A DNA stretch of 64,000 nt from Chloroflexota bacterium (GCA_019873735.1 JAIOAQ010000008.1:16651-80650), one strand, 5' to 3'. Numbered from the stretch's first letter, positions 45,966 to 56,509 are shown. Program-made: numbers and translations. The notes: generated by a model not told the origin, from the sequence alone.

Positions 45966-46139
45966 AAACCCATACGAACATGAAGACGGTAATTCTCAAA
46001 TTCTCAACCCAACAAGAAGCATTCACGGGCTGCGCTGGTTTTGCAGCATAAAGCAAATGGTCTAACCCGACCTTGCAGGTAGGATTTATAAGAAAAGCAT
46101 ATAAAATATCTCATAGGCCTGTCTAAGCCCGAATGAAGT

Positions 46140-46148
46140 TGGTATAAT
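46140..46148 (+). promoter_or_regulatory. Extended -10 promoter element (TGgTATAAT) for ftsH
   Basis: TGGTATAAT at 46140-46148 lies about 22 nt upstream of the GTG start and 12 nt upstream of the GGAGG at 46161-46165. The -35 is weak. Confidence 0.5.
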
Positions 46149-46170
46149 CTCTCCTGATACGGAGGAGTCT

Positions 46171-48039
46171 GTGAACTCTAAAAACAATTCTTATATCGTT
46201 TATCTCCTATTTTTCGTTGCCCTGATGGCAATGATTTATATGAGTATGCGCCGGGATAGCACTTCGGCCGAGACGTTGACCATCAGCGACATTGCCGACC
46301 AAATCCAGACCGGCGGTTCAATTACCCGCATTGTGGTGGACAACAATAATCGTTTGCTGGTGATTTACGGGCGCGGTGAAGATGCGGTTCAGAAGACGGC
46401 TTACAAAGAACCTGAAACGACAGTGGTGGAACAGTTGCTGAGTTTAGGCGTCTCGCCCGAGAAATTGCTCAAGGATGTGAAAATTGAGGCCAAGCCGCCC
46501 AGCCAGTGGACGGGCATTCTGACGGTGCTCAGTTACACATTGCCTTTTGTGCTGGTGGCCATTTTGTTCCTCTTTATTTTCCGGCAGGCGCAGGGCTCAA
46601 ACAATGCTGCCCTCTCTTTTGGCAAGAGCCGGGCGCGGATGTTTACCGGTGATCACCCAACTGTCACCTTTGATGATGTGGCCGGCGTAGACGAAGCAAA
46701 GGAAGAGTTACGCGAGGTTGTAGAATTTTTGCGCGAGCCGCAAAAATTCATCCAACTGGGGGCGCGCATTCCCAAAGGCGTTTTGCTGGTTGGCCCGCCC
46801 GGTACCGGCAAGACCCTGATGGCAAAGGCAGTCTCCGGCGAAGCCGGTGTTCCCTTTTTCTCCATTTCCGGTTCGGAATTCGTCGAGATGTTTGTAGGGG
46901 TTGGCGCCAGCCGTGTGCGCGACCTGTTTGAGCAGGCCAAGCGGCACTCGCCGTGCATCGTTTTCGTGGATGAAATCGACGCGGTTGGACGTCAGCGCGG
47001 CGCGGGATTGGGTGGTTCGCACGATGAGCGTGAACAGACCTTGAATCAGATTCTGGTAGAGATGGATGGCTTTGACACCGACACGAACGTCATTGTCGTC
47101 GCCGCAACCAACCGTCCCGATATCCTGGACCCGGCGCTTTTGCGGCCCGGGCGCTTTGACCGGCGGGTGGTCCTCGACCGCCCCGATGTAAAAGGCCGGG
47201 AAGAGATTCTAAAGGTACACGTCAAGGGCAAGCCGCTTGACCCAGGGGTGGACCTTGCTTCCCTGGCACGCGGTACCCCCGGTTTTGTCGGCGCCGACCT
47301 GGAGAATCTGGTCAATGAAGCCGCGATTTTGGCAGCCCGCCGCAACAAAAAGTCTATTGGCCAGGCGGAGATGGAAGAGGCCATTGAGCGCGTGATCATG
47401 GGACCAGAGCGCAAATCCCGCCTGATTAGTGATGAAGAAAAGCGAATCATTGCCTACCACGAGGCGGGTCACGCTGTAGTTGGCAATGCCATCCCCGAAG
47501 CCGATCCTGTCCAGAAGGTGACCATCGTCGGGCGTGGTCAGGCAGGCGGCCTGACATGGTTCCGCCCCCAGGACGATCGTCTTCTCATGAGCCGCAAAAA
47601 GATGATGGCGACTCTGGCCTATGCGTTGGGCGGTCGGGCAGCCGAAGCCGAGGTGTTTGACGATATTACTTCTGGCGCCTCAAATGACATTGAACAGGTC
47701 ACGCAAATGGCGCGCGCCATGGTTACCCGTTTGGGGATGAGTGATGAGTTGGGCAACCGCGTTTATGGCCAAAAGGAAGAACTGATTTTCCTGGGCCGCG
47801 AAATTTCAGAACAGCGCGATTATTCTGAGGCGGTGGCCGAACAGATTGACCGTGAAGTGCGTAAATTGGTGGACGAAGCCTACGCGACAGCCCGCTCGCT
47901 TTTGCGCAAATATCGCAAAGAGTTGGATGCCGTGGCAACAAAATTGCTCGAAGTTGAAACCCTAACGCGCGAAGAGTTTGAGAAAATCTTCCCGCCGCCT
48001 GTACCAAAGAAGAGCGGCACCCCTCAACCCCTCGCCTGA
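46171..48039 (+). CDS. ftsH: ATP-dependent zinc metalloprotease FtsH
   Basis: 622 aa. N-terminal TM pair, Walker A GPPGTGKT, second region of homology, and Zn motif HEAGHA. Confidence 0.95.
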   Translation: MNSKNNSYIVYLLFFVALMAMIYMSMRRDSTSAETLTISDIADQIQTGGSITRIVVDNNNRLLVIYGRGEDAVQKTAYKEPETTVVEQLLSLGVSPEKLLKDVKIEAKPPSQWTGILTVLSYTLPFVLVAILFLFIFRQAQGSNNAALSFGKSRARMFTGDHPTVTFDDVAGVDEAKEELREVVEFLREPQKFIQLGARIPKGVLLVGPPGTGKTLMAKAVSGEAGVPFFSISGSEFVEMFVGVGASRVRDLFEQAKRHSPCIVFVDEIDAVGRQRGAGLGGSHDEREQTLNQILVEMDGFDTDTNVIVVAATNRPDILDPALLRPGRFDRRVVLDRPDVKGREEILKVHVKGKPLDPGVDLASLARGTPGFVGADLENLVNEAAILAARRNKKSIGQAEMEEAIERVIMGPERKSRLISDEEKRIIAYHEAGHAVVGNAIPEADPVQKVTIVGRGQAGGLTWFRPQDDRLLMSRKKMMATLAYALGGRAAEAEVFDDITSGASNDIEQVTQMARAMVTRLGMSDELGNRVYGQKEELIFLGREISEQRDYSEAVAEQIDREVRKLVDEAYATARSLLRKYRKELDAVATKLLEVETLTREEFEKIFPPPVPKKSGTPQPLA

Positions 48040-48094
48040 CCTGTTTGGACGATACTTCCTTGTCGAGTTAGAAAGACCACTACAGGATGAACGA

Positions 48095-48123
48095 CATGAG
48101 CCTCCAAATGCTGGAGGCTCATG
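48095..48123. terminator. Bidirectional hairpin terminator between convergent ftsH and kor genes
   Basis: Perfect 12-bp stem CATGAGCCTCCA / TGGAGGCTCATG with a 5-nt loop, followed by CTTTAT. Confidence 0.6.
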
Positions 48124-48155
48124 CTTTATGTCGCTGTTGGTTGGGGCGGTTATGC

Positions 48156-48722
48156 TTATGAACGGCTTGTTTCTTTTTCGGCCGCCTCAAAGCCCGCTTT
48201 CAGCGCTGCCCGATTCATTTCTTCGGTTCCTTTGGGGGCGCGCGCCAGCACGGCTTTTTCAATCGCATCGCGCGAAACCACGTTGGTCAGGGCAACAAGT
48301 ACTCCCAGCGCAATCGTGTTGGCGGTGATAATTTTGCCGGTTGTCTCAAATGCCATGCGGGTGATGGGGAGACGGATTGCCTGGGGTGTTGCCGAGGCAT
48401 CTACCTTGTCTGCATCTACAATCAGCAATCCTCCCGGCTTGACATCTTGGGAGAATTTTTTGTAGGCTTCCTGGCTGAGCGCAATCAGCGCGTCTGCTTT
48501 TAGAACTTCGGGGTGGTCAATTTCGCCCTGGGAAATCACAACCTCCGATTTGCTGGCGCCGCCGCGTGCTTCAGGCCCATAACTTTGGGTTTGAACAGCG
48601 TTTTTGCCATCGTAAATGGATGCCGCCTCTGCCAGAATGATTCCGGCGAGAATCATGCCCTGTCCGCCCTCGCCGGCCAGGCGAATCTCGGTGCGATCGG
48701 GGAGCCCTTGAAGTGTCGTCAT
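48156..48722 (-). CDS. korC: 2-oxoacid:ferredoxin oxidoreductase, gamma subunit
   Basis: 188 aa. IRLAGEGGQGMILAGIILAEAA start typical of the gamma subunit. Last gene of a delta-alpha-beta-gamma operon. Confidence 0.85.
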   Translation of the reverse strand: MTTLQGLPDRTEIRLAGEGGQGMILAGIILAEAASIYDGKNAVQTQSYGPEARGGASKSEVVISQGEIDHPEVLKADALIALSQEAYKKFSQDVKPGGLLIVDADKVDASATPQAIRLPITRMAFETTGKIITANTIALGVLVALTNVVSRDAIEKAVLARAPKGTEEMNRAALKAGFEAAEKETSRS

Positions 48723-48735
48723 GCTTGCCTCCTGT

Positions 48736-49638
48736 TTATACGCTCTGGACGCGGGTCAGAATTTGCTGTTCGTACATGCGGGTATATTCCATGCGCGTAT
48801 TGTTTTGATGGAGTACCCCGCGCACGATTTTGGTATTGGCGTGTTGCTCATCCGGCGAGAGTTTGTCATAGGCGCTTTTGGCAATGCTGTTGTCTTTCAG
48901 CGCCCGCATCATGTCGGCGGCCGTGCCGAGTCGGTTCAGGCGGCCATAAGTGGTATGACAGTAACTGACGGCCTCAACCACACTGAAACCATCCTGCGCA
49001 ATGGCTTCGGTCAGGAACTTATCCAGTTCGAGGGCATGATAGACGGTTGAACGGGCCACATACGTTGCGCCGGCTGCCATTGCCAGTTCGCAAATGGGGA
49101 AGGGCGGCTCAACATTGCCATAGGGAGCCGTTGTGGCCACTTTGCCGAGGGGGGTCGTGGGGCTATACTGTCCGCCGGTCATGCCGTAAATGCTGTTGTT
49201 GACGACCAGTGCCGTGATGCCTATGTTGCGCCGTGCGGCGTGAATAAAATGATTGCCGCCAATGGCCAGCGCATCGCCATCGCCCATGATGGCAATGACT
49301 TTCATCCCAGGGCGGGCAATTTTCAGGCCGGTGGCAAACGCCAGGGCGCGTCCATGGGTGGTGTGCAAGGTGTTGAAATCCATGTAAACCGGCATGCGGG
49401 CCGTGCAGCCAATGCCGGCGACCAGCGCCACGTCGTCGTTCTTAAGGCCCAGATGGTCAATGGCGCGGATAAGCGCGCCCATCACAACGCCGAGACCGCA
49501 ACCGGCGCACCAGATGGTGGGGAATTTCTTGTTCTTGCGTAACTTTTGCAGGGTCTCGCTGCGCTCAAACCAGTTCGATGGAGGGATGAGCGCCTCGTGA
49601 TTCTCTAGGTCGTGGGCTTCTAAAATATGGTCGGTCAT
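48736..49638 (-). CDS. korB: 2-oxoacid:ferredoxin oxidoreductase, beta (TPP-binding) subunit
   Basis: 300 aa. WCAGCGLG cysteine motif and GDGD TPP-binding motif (IMGDGDALAIGGNH). Confidence 0.9.
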   Translation of the reverse strand: MTDHILEAHDLENHEALIPPSNWFERSETLQKLRKNKKFPTIWCAGCGLGVVMGALIRAIDHLGLKNDDVALVAGIGCTARMPVYMDFNTLHTTHGRALAFATGLKIARPGMKVIAIMGDGDALAIGGNHFIHAARRNIGITALVVNNSIYGMTGGQYSPTTPLGKVATTAPYGNVEPPFPICELAMAAGATYVARSTVYHALELDKFLTEAIAQDGFSVVEAVSYCHTTYGRLNRLGTAADMMRALKDNSIAKSAYDKLSPDEQHANTKIVRGVLHQNNTRMEYTRMYEQQILTRVQSV

Positions 49639-49641
49639 CTC

Positions 49642-50757
49642 TTAATCCTCCATCTTCTCAAGCACCATTTGCGGTGTGACCATCTCGCCATTTGCTCGGG
49701 TCACGCGCACCACCTTCTTTCGTCCAACGACCCGTTCCACCTCATAGGCCAGTTGGCCCAGATTCATCTCTGGAACAATGATCTTATCCACTTTTTCGCC
49801 CAGGGCTTCCACCTGCTTTTCGGGGAAAGGCCAGATGGTTAGAAGTGTGAGCAGGTTAACCTTCTTCCCTTGCGCGCGGGCGACCTTGACGGCGTGGCGG
49901 GCTGTGCGAGCCGAACAACCGTAGGAAAGAACCGCTACCCGCGCTCCGTCCTGATAGTCTTCCTCAACCAGGGTGATTTCATCAATGTGTTTTTCCAATT
50001 TCCCGTTGACCCGTTCCAGCCATGGATCAATTTCATCTAGCCGCTGCGTCGGGAAGCCGACCTCGTCATGCAGCAGACCGGTGATGTGATAACGGTAGCC
50101 CTCGCCAAAGGGGACAAGCGGCGGGACGCCGTCTTCTGTGTTGCGAAAGGCTTTGTATTCCTCTGGCTTTTCTTCTACTTTGTGCTCGTAAATTTTGATC
50201 GTGCTAAAGTCGGGCAATTCCACCGGCTCGCGCATATGCCCGATAATTTCATCTGTCAGTAAAATAACCGGCGTGCGGTAACGTTCTGAGAAGTCGAAGG
50301 CCTTGACGGTCAAATCGAAGGCCTGACGCACCGAAATCGGCGCCAGGGCAATAATAGGATGATCGCCGTGCGTTCCCCAGCGTGCTTGCATCACATCGCC
50401 CTGCGAGGCGGCAGTCGGCTGTCCGGTAGATGGACCCAGCCGCTGCACATCTACGACCACACAGGGGATTTCAGTAATAGCAGCATAACCGATGTTTTCC
50501 TGCATCAGCGAAAAGCCGGGACCGCTGGTGGCAGTCATGGACTTCAAGCCCCCTACTCTTCCGCCGATGATGGCGGCCATACTGGCGATTTCATCTTCCA
50601 TCTGAATGAATTTGCCGCCGTATTTGGGCAGTTCACGCGCCATGACTTCGGCGACTTCGGTAGAAGGGGTAATGGGGTAACCGGCATAGAAACGACAACC
50701 GGCCGCGATGGCGCCCAGCGCAATTGCTTCGTTGCCTTGCATCAATCGAATAGTCAC
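49642..50757 (-). CDS. korA: 2-oxoacid:ferredoxin oxidoreductase, alpha subunit
   Basis: 371 aa. MQGNEAIALGAIAAGCRFYAGYPITPSTE N-terminus. Confidence 0.9.
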   Translation of the reverse strand: MTIRLMQGNEAIALGAIAAGCRFYAGYPITPSTEVAEVMARELPKYGGKFIQMEDEIASMAAIIGGRVGGLKSMTATSGPGFSLMQENIGYAAITEIPCVVVDVQRLGPSTGQPTAASQGDVMQARWGTHGDHPIIALAPISVRQAFDLTVKAFDFSERYRTPVILLTDEIIGHMREPVELPDFSTIKIYEHKVEEKPEEYKAFRNTEDGVPPLVPFGEGYRYHITGLLHDEVGFPTQRLDEIDPWLERVNGKLEKHIDEITLVEEDYQDGARVAVLSYGCSARTARHAVKVARAQGKKVNLLTLLTIWPFPEKQVEALGEKVDKIIVPEMNLGQLAYEVERVVGRKKVVRVTRANGEMVTPQMVLEKMED

Positions 50758-50766
50758 AGCGACCTC

Positions 50767-51024
50767 CTATTCCAGTTTTCTGACCACGATGGCCAGATCG
50801 GGGCAATGGGTGTCGCAGAAGTGACAGGCCGTGCACTTCTCTGGGTACGCCACCCTTGGATGGTTATCCAGGGGTCCCATTTCCAAAACCTTAGGCGGGC
50901 AAAACTCGACACAAATTCGACACCCCTTGCACCAGGTAGCATAAATGGTTACCTCACCGCGCGGCCCGCTGCGCGGCAACGGCTTTGAGGAAACATTGCC
51001 TTCAGTTGGTTGTGGTTGAGTCAT
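50767..51024 (-). CDS. korD: 2-oxoacid:ferredoxin oxidoreductase, delta (4Fe-4S ferredoxin) subunit
   Basis: Start placed at the Met at 51024 (MTQPQPTEG), preceded by AGAGG. Two Cys clusters: CKGCRICVEFCP and CTACHFCDTHCP. Confidence 0.8.
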   Translation of the reverse strand: MTQPQPTEGNVSSKPLPRSGPRGEVTIYATWCKGCRICVEFCPPKVLEMGPLDNHPRVAYPEKCTACHFCDTHCPDLAIVVRKLE

Positions 51025-51138
51025 GGTAACCTCTTGAATAGAATAAACCGCCAGGAGCGGCAATTTCCAGATCTCATTCTATGTGATAAATCTTATCACA
51101 GGAATAGTAAAAAGTCCTAATTCACACATTACTTATAT

Positions 51139-51302
51139 AAGGCAACTACTTACCCTCCAGCAGGCTTTGGCGCAATGTCCAACCCGCAAGGCGCTATCGT
51201 GATTACCCACATCGCTTGCCAATCTGTTCTAACCTGCGCAGTGGCACAGGATTAATCCTGTCCACTCACATTTCGCGGGAGGGTTAAGAGTAGGCAATTA
51301 CT
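51139..51302 (+). repeat. Intergenic inverted-repeat element, full copy B, carrying a ~36-nt nested insertion
   Basis: Left arm ...CTACTTACCCTCCAGCAGGCTTTGGCGCAATGTCC... Right arm GTTCTAACCTGCG[insert 51239-51274]GCGGGAGGGTTAAGAGTAGGCAATTAC. Confidence 0.7.
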
Positions 51303-51321
51303 ATAAGCAGGTTTTGTCGTT

Positions 51322-52113
51322 TTACGGCGTACAGGAAAGCGTAGCCGTATCTTTGCTGGTCCGAAAATTAGGCGCATACAGTTCAATCAGCACCCAGTGA
51401 CTGCCGGCCGTCTTAAATTTGTAAGGGTATTTGAAGACATGCTTGCCCGAAGCCCCAAGTGAAACTGTTTCTGGCGGCTCGGCATTGCCGTCATCAAAAC
51501 TGCGCTGAAAAGTCACTTTAGCGGGTCCATTCACCGTAATTTCAACCTTGACCTCAAACGTATATGGCAGACTGGCGCATGGGACGCTCACTTTTGTCGG
51601 CAGCAACTCCACGTTCAAATGGGTAACCCATGCCTCAGGCGCAGGCAGAACAGCCAGGTTCCTTAAATTGCCGCTGGTTTTTACCAGCGCTTTGGCAACG
51701 TAACAGTAACGCCCCGGAAAATTGGGCGTGGCGATTTGATACCATTCCCCGCTGGCGTCCTGCCCGTAAATACCCGTCCATGTGCCGCGCGGCAGGATGC
51801 CGTCAATGGCCCAGTCCAGCGAAGGCCCCACCCGGCAATTGAGGTTTTCGCCTGCCGACATCAGCATCGGCGTAATGGGTGTCGGCGTTCGCGTCGGCAC
51901 CCGCGTTGAAGTGGGCGGCGCCGGGCTGAAGGTAGCCGTTGGCGGAAGCGGCGTAAGGGTGGGGATGATCAGCGGCTCTTCTTCCTGCCTCGGCGCGGCG
52001 GTCTCATCCGCCGCGAGAGTGGGAGCCGCCCGCGGGGGAGGGATATATTCAAACGAACAGGCCAGCACCATCAGCAGGATTGCCGGCAGAAAAACCGTCC
52101 TTCTGATTTTCAT
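51322..52113 (-). CDS. Lipoprotein with Pro/Thr-rich linker and SH3b-like domain, unknown function
   Basis: Start placed at MKIRRTVFLPAILLMVLAC (lipobox). PT-rich spacer, then an SH3b-like segment NCRVGPSLDWAIDGILPRGTWTGIYGQDASGEWYQI. Confidence 0.55.
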   Translation of the reverse strand: MKIRRTVFLPAILLMVLACSFEYIPPPRAAPTLAADETAAPRQEEEPLIIPTLTPLPPTATFSPAPPTSTRVPTRTPTPITPMLMSAGENLNCRVGPSLDWAIDGILPRGTWTGIYGQDASGEWYQIATPNFPGRYCYVAKALVKTSGNLRNLAVLPAPEAWVTHLNVELLPTKVSVPCASLPYTFEVKVEITVNGPAKVTFQRSFDDGNAEPPETVSLGASGKHVFKYPYKFKTAGSHWVLIELYAPNFRTSKDTATLSCTP

Positions 52114-52221
52114 GACTTTTCCCGCCCGATTATAAGCCGGATGCATGCTGACCGGTAAGGTGTTATTATTATCCTGTGTGTACCTTTTTATTGACCTGCA
52201 CGCGTTCAGAAGGAGAAGCAG

Positions 52222-53493
52222 ATGGGCAAGCGCATAGGACTCTTTTCTCTCATCTTCATGGCCTTGTTATTGGCCTGCGGCGGGGTTTCGGAATTGACGC
52301 CGGCTCCGAGCGAGGACAATCTTGCCACGATGGTTGCCGCCACGTTAGAGGCGCATGTTCCTCCGGTGAACGGTTCAGAGACGGCCCCTCAGCCGGCTCC
52401 CGATTCTCCGCGCGTTGCCTATGTCCGCGAGGGGAATCTCTGGCTGTGGGCGGAGGGTATCCCTCCCCGGCAATTGACCACCTTTGGCGATGTCTCCAAT
52501 CCCCGCCTCTCAGGCGATGGGCAGATTGTTGTCTTTGAGCATGCTGGCGGCTTGTGGGCCATTCAAGCCGACGGGACCAACGCGCGCCTGCTGGTCGGCG
52601 CTGAATATTTGGCGAGTCTGGCAAACCCGACCGAAAGCGCCCAAATCTCCTGGTTCGATTTTGCCCCCGGCTCGCACTGGCTGTATTTCAACAGTTACCT
52701 GGCCTCGCTTGATAGCGGATTGGGCAGCCCTGCTTTGGACTTGCATCGTGTGGATGCGGATAGCCCTGCGCCTCAGCAACTATTTGCTCGCGGGCAGGGC
52801 GGCAGCCCTTATTTCTCCCCCGATGGCCAATGGATTGCCATTGCTCAACCCGATGGGATTGTGCTTTCACAGCCGGATGGAAGCGCGGCGCGCCGCATCT
52901 TTACCTTTCCAATGGTGTCCACCTATAGCGAGTGGTTCTATTTGCCAGAGGTGGTCTGGATGAATACCTCCAGCGGCTTTTACCTGATTACGCCCGCGCC
53001 GGCCATTTTGGAAAATCCTAACGAACCGGCGCGCTGGTGGTATGTGCCGCTGGAAGGCAAGCCGGCGCAACTGGCTGCTTTTACCACCGCGCCGGTTTGG
53101 GTTTCTTTCCCGCGCCTCGCGCCGGATGGGACGCGCCTCGTATACGTCAGCAATCCCGGCCCCAATTTGTTTGAACTCCATCTGATGGACGCCAGCACAG
53201 CAGATATACGCATTGTTTACTATACAGGCCAATCTTTGACGGCTGGCCCCTGGTCAGCCGGTGGCGAATACTTTACCTTCTGGCAAGACGACCCCGGCCA
53301 AATCTTTTATGCTGCTGCCGGTGCAACGCCTCAGCCGCTTAGCGATCTTGGCCGGACAGATTTTTTTGCCTGGGTAGATGGCAATACCGTGCTCTTGAAT
53401 TCTGGTAGCGAACTCCGCTTGCGCCGCCTGCCGGCCCCCGGCTTTTTGATTGATCGTTCGGTTGCCGCCGGGCAGTTTGATGCCATTCCCTGA
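52222..53493 (+). CDS. Lipoprotein with TolB/PD40-like beta-propeller repeats, unknown function
   Basis: 423 aa. Lipobox LLLAC and repeated PD40-like motifs (LSGDGQIVVF, FSPDGQWIAI, LAPDGTRLVYV). Confidence 0.55.
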   Translation: MGKRIGLFSLIFMALLLACGGVSELTPAPSEDNLATMVAATLEAHVPPVNGSETAPQPAPDSPRVAYVREGNLWLWAEGIPPRQLTTFGDVSNPRLSGDGQIVVFEHAGGLWAIQADGTNARLLVGAEYLASLANPTESAQISWFDFAPGSHWLYFNSYLASLDSGLGSPALDLHRVDADSPAPQQLFARGQGGSPYFSPDGQWIAIAQPDGIVLSQPDGSAARRIFTFPMVSTYSEWFYLPEVVWMNTSSGFYLITPAPAILENPNEPARWWYVPLEGKPAQLAAFTTAPVWVSFPRLAPDGTRLVYVSNPGPNLFELHLMDASTADIRIVYYTGQSLTAGPWSAGGEYFTFWQDDPGQIFYAAAGATPQPLSDLGRTDFFAWVDGNTVLLNSGSELRLRRLPAPGFLIDRSVAAGQFDAIP

Positions 53494-53494
53494 G

Positions 53495-53542
53495 CTATGG
53501 TTGCCCGTCCTGTTCTAACCTGCGGGAGGGTGTAAATTGCCG
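53495..53542 (+). repeat. Solo right-half copy of the inverted-repeat element
   Basis: ATGGTTGCCCGTCCTGTTCTAACCTGCGGGAGGGTGTAAATTGCC matches the right half of copy D. It begins 2 nt after the stop of the upstream gene. Confidence 0.6.
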
Positions 53543-53593
53543 TAAAGTCAAAAACCTGGCGTTTTGGCAATTTTGTGTTGCCTTCTTTTGCTT

Positions 53594-53736
53594 CAGATTG
53601 GGAATTGCTGATAGATGACAACAATTCTCAATATGAAGTGGGGGGAACGTCCCGAAGGTTGCCGAAAACCACCAAGTTTTCGTCTAAAAAACCTTCGGGA
53701 CGTTTTTGGGCCAGACTGAGAATTGCTGATAGATGA
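53594..53736 (+). repeat. Composite repeat upstream of glgA: 25-nt direct repeats flanking a 15-17-nt inverted repeat
   Basis: DR1 is CAGATTGGGAATTGCTGATAGATGA (53594-53618) and DR2 is CAGACTGAGAATTGCTGATAGATGA (53712-53736). IR is GGAACGTCCCGAAGGTT (53644-53660) / AACCTTCGGGACGTT (53690-53704), followed by TTTT. Confidence 0.7.
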
Positions 53737-53773
53737 TGCCCCACTTTGAGAAAATTTATTGTAAAATGTACGC

Positions 53774-55216
53774 ATGCCAAACACGCTCAAAGTCCTCTTC
53801 GTAGCGGCAGAAGCCGATCCCTTTGTAAAGGTTGGCGGATTGGGGGATGTGGCAGGTTCTTTGCCGCGTGCCCTGCGTGCGCTGACAACCAACTTTACCG
53901 GGGGAATTGATGTAGATGTTCGCCTGGTCTTGCCGCTTCATCCCACGGTCCGCACCGAATCGGCCACGCTTCGGCCCACGGTCACCTTCTATCTGGCGCG
54001 CACCGGCGGCAGGGAACTGGTACAGGTCTTCGAATCCAATCTGGAAGGGATGCCCGTCTATTTTGTGGCCGGCGACCCTGTTAACCAGACCGGGGCTGTT
54101 TACTCCTCCAACGTAGCGTTGGATGGAGAAAAGTATGCCTTTTTCTCTCTGGCCGTCTTGGAGATGCTGCAGCACATCGGCTGGCAGCCCGACATCCTGC
54201 ACGCAAATGACTGGCACACCGCCCTGGCCGTTTATGCCCTTCAAATGCGTCGTCTGAAGGGCGAATTTCCCCGCACTTTCTCGGTTCTCACCGTTCATAA
54301 CTTACCCTTCATGGGCCCAGACCTTGCGCCGCGACTGGCGGCCTACGGTTTACCGCCCGTCAATTCCGGGCTTCCCAAGTGGGCGCGCGCTATGCCCCTG
54401 CCGCTTGGGCTTTGGTCGGCAGATTGTATTGTCGGCGTCTCGCCAACATATGCCCGCGAAATGCTCACGCCAGAATACGGCGCCGGTTTGCAGGATTTCT
54501 TGCAGACGCGCGCCGATGTCATTCACGGCATTTTGAACGGCATCGACACAAAATCCTTTGACCCTGCTACAGACGAGACCCTGGCTTTCAACTTTAAACC
54601 AGAGACGGTATCCACACGGGTGCTGAATAAAAAGGCTTTGCAGGTGCGGCTGGACCTGATGAAGGAGCCCAACATTCCTCTCCTGGCAATGGTTGGCCGG
54701 ATGGATCCCCAAAAAGGGGTGGATTTGGTCCTGGAGGCATTGCGCTTGCTGATGGACCTGTCCTGGCAGGCAGTCATCCTGGGGACGGGCGACCCTGCTC
54801 TCGAATCTGCAGCCCGCCTCTTGCAGGCAGATTTTCCCGAACGCGTGCATGTTGAAACCCGTTTTGACCTCACCCTGGCGCGCCAGATTTATGGCGGAGC
54901 AGATATCCTGCTTATGCCTTCTCGCTACGAGCCGTGCGGACTGGCGCAGATGATTGCCATGCGTTACGGCTGTCTGCCGCTGGTGCGCGCGACCGGCGGC
55001 CTGAAAGATACCGTCATTCCCGATCAGACCGGCTTCGTGTTTGATGGAAATACAGCAGGCGCATTGGCCGCTGCTATTCGTAAGGCTTTGGCTCTTTATC
55101 CAGACCGCGAACGCTGGCAGACCATGCAGCAAACGGCCATGTCTCAAGACTTTTCTTGGGAACGTTCGGCGCGCCGGTATTTCAATTTGTATCAGACTCT
55201 CTTGAGTCGGCAATAA
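53774..55216 (+). CDS. glgA: Glycogen synthase (ADP-glucose type)
   Basis: 480 aa. [22 protein letters not shown]-terminus (KxGGL) and GT5 C-terminal motifs (PSRYEPCGL). Confidence 0.92.
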   Translation: MPNTLKVLFVAAEADPFVKVGGLGDVAGSLPRALRALTTNFTGGIDVDVRLVLPLHPTVRTESATLRPTVTFYLARTGGRELVQVFESNLEGMPVYFVAGDPVNQTGAVYSSNVALDGEKYAFFSLAVLEMLQHIGWQPDILHANDWHTALAVYALQMRRLKGEFPRTFSVLTVHNLPFMGPDLAPRLAAYGLPPVNSGLPKWARAMPLPLGLWSADCIVGVSPTYAREMLTPEYGAGLQDFLQTRADVIHGILNGIDTKSFDPATDETLAFNFKPETVSTRVLNKKALQVRLDLMKEPNIPLLAMVGRMDPQKGVDLVLEALRLLMDLSWQAVILGTGDPALESAARLLQADFPERVHVETRFDLTLARQIYGGADILLMPSRYEPCGLAQMIAMRYGCLPLVRATGGLKDTVIPDQTGFVFDGNTAGALAAAIRKALALYPDRERWQTMQQTAMSQDFSWERSARRYFNLYQTLLSRQ

Positions 55217-55246
55217 GCCGGATGATCTCCGGATAGGAAAGCGCCT

Positions 55247-56509
55247 ATGAAAACCCGTGCTGTCATCCTGGCCGGCGGAGAAGGTTCCCGTTTGAGCGTG
55301 CTGACTGCCAAGCGCACAAAGCCGGCTGTTCCCTTTGCAGGAAAATACCGCATCATTGATTTCACCCTGTCCAATTGCGTCAATTCGGGCATTTTTGACG
55401 TTATGATCCTGGCGCAATATCGCCCACAATCGTTGATTGAACACATCGGCTCAGGCAGCCCCTGGGATCTCAACCGCGATTTCACCGGCGGCGTGCGTAT
55501 TCTGACGCCTTACAAAACGCGCTTTGGCTCAGATTGGTATGCCGGTACGGCCGATGCCGTCCAGCAGAATTTCACCTTTATCAAGCAGGGCTCACCCGAT
55601 TTGATTCTCATCCTTTCGGGCGATCATATCTACTCAATGGACTACGACGCCCTGCTGACCTTCCACCTTGACCACAAGGCCGATGTGACCATTGCTACAA
55701 TCCGCGTGCCGATGGAGGAAGCCCCGCGTTTTGGCATTCTGGACATTGACGATTCTTACCGCGTCACTTCGTTCGTCGAGAAACCATCCAGGCCGCCCGG
55801 CAACCTGGCAAACATGGGCGTCTATCTCTTCAATCGCAACGTGCTTGACCGCGCCTTGTGGGAAGACCGCCGCCGCCCCGGCTCGGCGCATGATTTTGGC
55901 AAGAATATCATCCCCGCATTGGTGGCGGGGCAGGCGCGCGTCTTTGCTTTCCCCTACACCGGTTACTGGGTGGACGTCGGCACGGTCGAGTCCTATTGGC
56001 AGGCACATATGGATTTGCTGGCCGAAAAGCCCGCCCTGCAGTTGAATAACCGCGACTGGGTCATTCACACCAAGACCGAAGAACGGCCCCCCGCCTACAT
56101 CCAGGGCGGGGCCGATGTGACCGACAGCCTGCTTTCTGGCGGCTGCTTCATCGAAAGCGGTGCCATTGTCGAACGCAGCGTTCTTTCGCCGGGCGTTGTT
56201 GTGCATCGCGGCGCTGTTGTTCGCGAATCCGTCCTGCTCACCGATTGCCACGTGCAGACAGGCGCTCGTGTCGAACGCGCCATTTTGGATAAACGCGTTC
56301 AGGTGGGAGAAAACGCTCAGGTCGGCGCGCCAGGCACAGGGTCGGGCCTGACCCTGACTCTGGCGGGCAAAAACAGCGTCTTACCTGCCGGTCTCATCGT
56401 GGAGCCGGGCGCCGTCATCGGCTGCGATGTCACTGCAGATGATTTCTCTTCTCACCGCGTCAAACGCGGCACCACTATTGAAACCAAACGTCAACCCTAT
56501 GAAATTTGA
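55247..56509 (+). CDS. glgC: Glucose-1-phosphate adenylyltransferase
   Basis: 420 aa. [33 protein letters not shown], plus a left-handed beta-helix C-terminus. Confidence 0.92.
   Translation: MKTRAVILAGGEGSRLSVLTAKRTKPAVPFAGKYRIIDFTLSNCVNSGIFDVMILAQYRPQSLIEHIGSGSPWDLNRDFTGGVRILTPYKTRFGSDWYAGTADAVQQNFTFIKQGSPDLILILSGDHIYSMDYDALLTFHLDHKADVTIATIRVPMEEAPRFGILDIDDSYRVTSFVEKPSRPPGNLANMGVYLFNRNVLDRALWEDRRRPGSAHDFGKNIIPALVAGQARVFAFPYTGYWVDVGTVESYWQAHMDLLAEKPALQLNNRDWVIHTKTEERPPAYIQGGADVTDSLLSGGCFIESGAIVERSVLSPGVVVHRGAVVRESVLLTDCHVQTGARVERAILDKRVQVGENAQVGAPGTGSGLTLTLAGKNSVLPAGLIVEPGAVIGCDVTADDFSSHRVKRGTTIETKRQPYEI

Noticed and set aside
46020-46090. A possible further degenerate copy of the inverted-repeat element in the RR/ftsH divergent region (CTGGTTTTGCAGCATAAAGC ... 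GTCTAACCCGACCTTGCAGGTAGGATTT).
   Set aside because: Similarity is short and gapped. I cannot distinguish it from chance without a proper alignment or profile search.
53746-53773. A possible sigma-70-like promoter (TTGAGA ... TAAAAT) that would make glgA a leaderless mRNA.
   Set aside because: The spacer between the hexamers is only about 10 nt, far from the 16-18 nt optimum. The TAAAAT at 53762-53767 could still be a -10 element, but I cannot support a promoter call from sequence alone.
54350-55444. 364-aa minus-strand ORF antisense to glgA/glgC.
   Set aside because: Low-complexity Arg/Gln/Gly-rich translation opposite two strongly recognisable genes. Not credible as coding.
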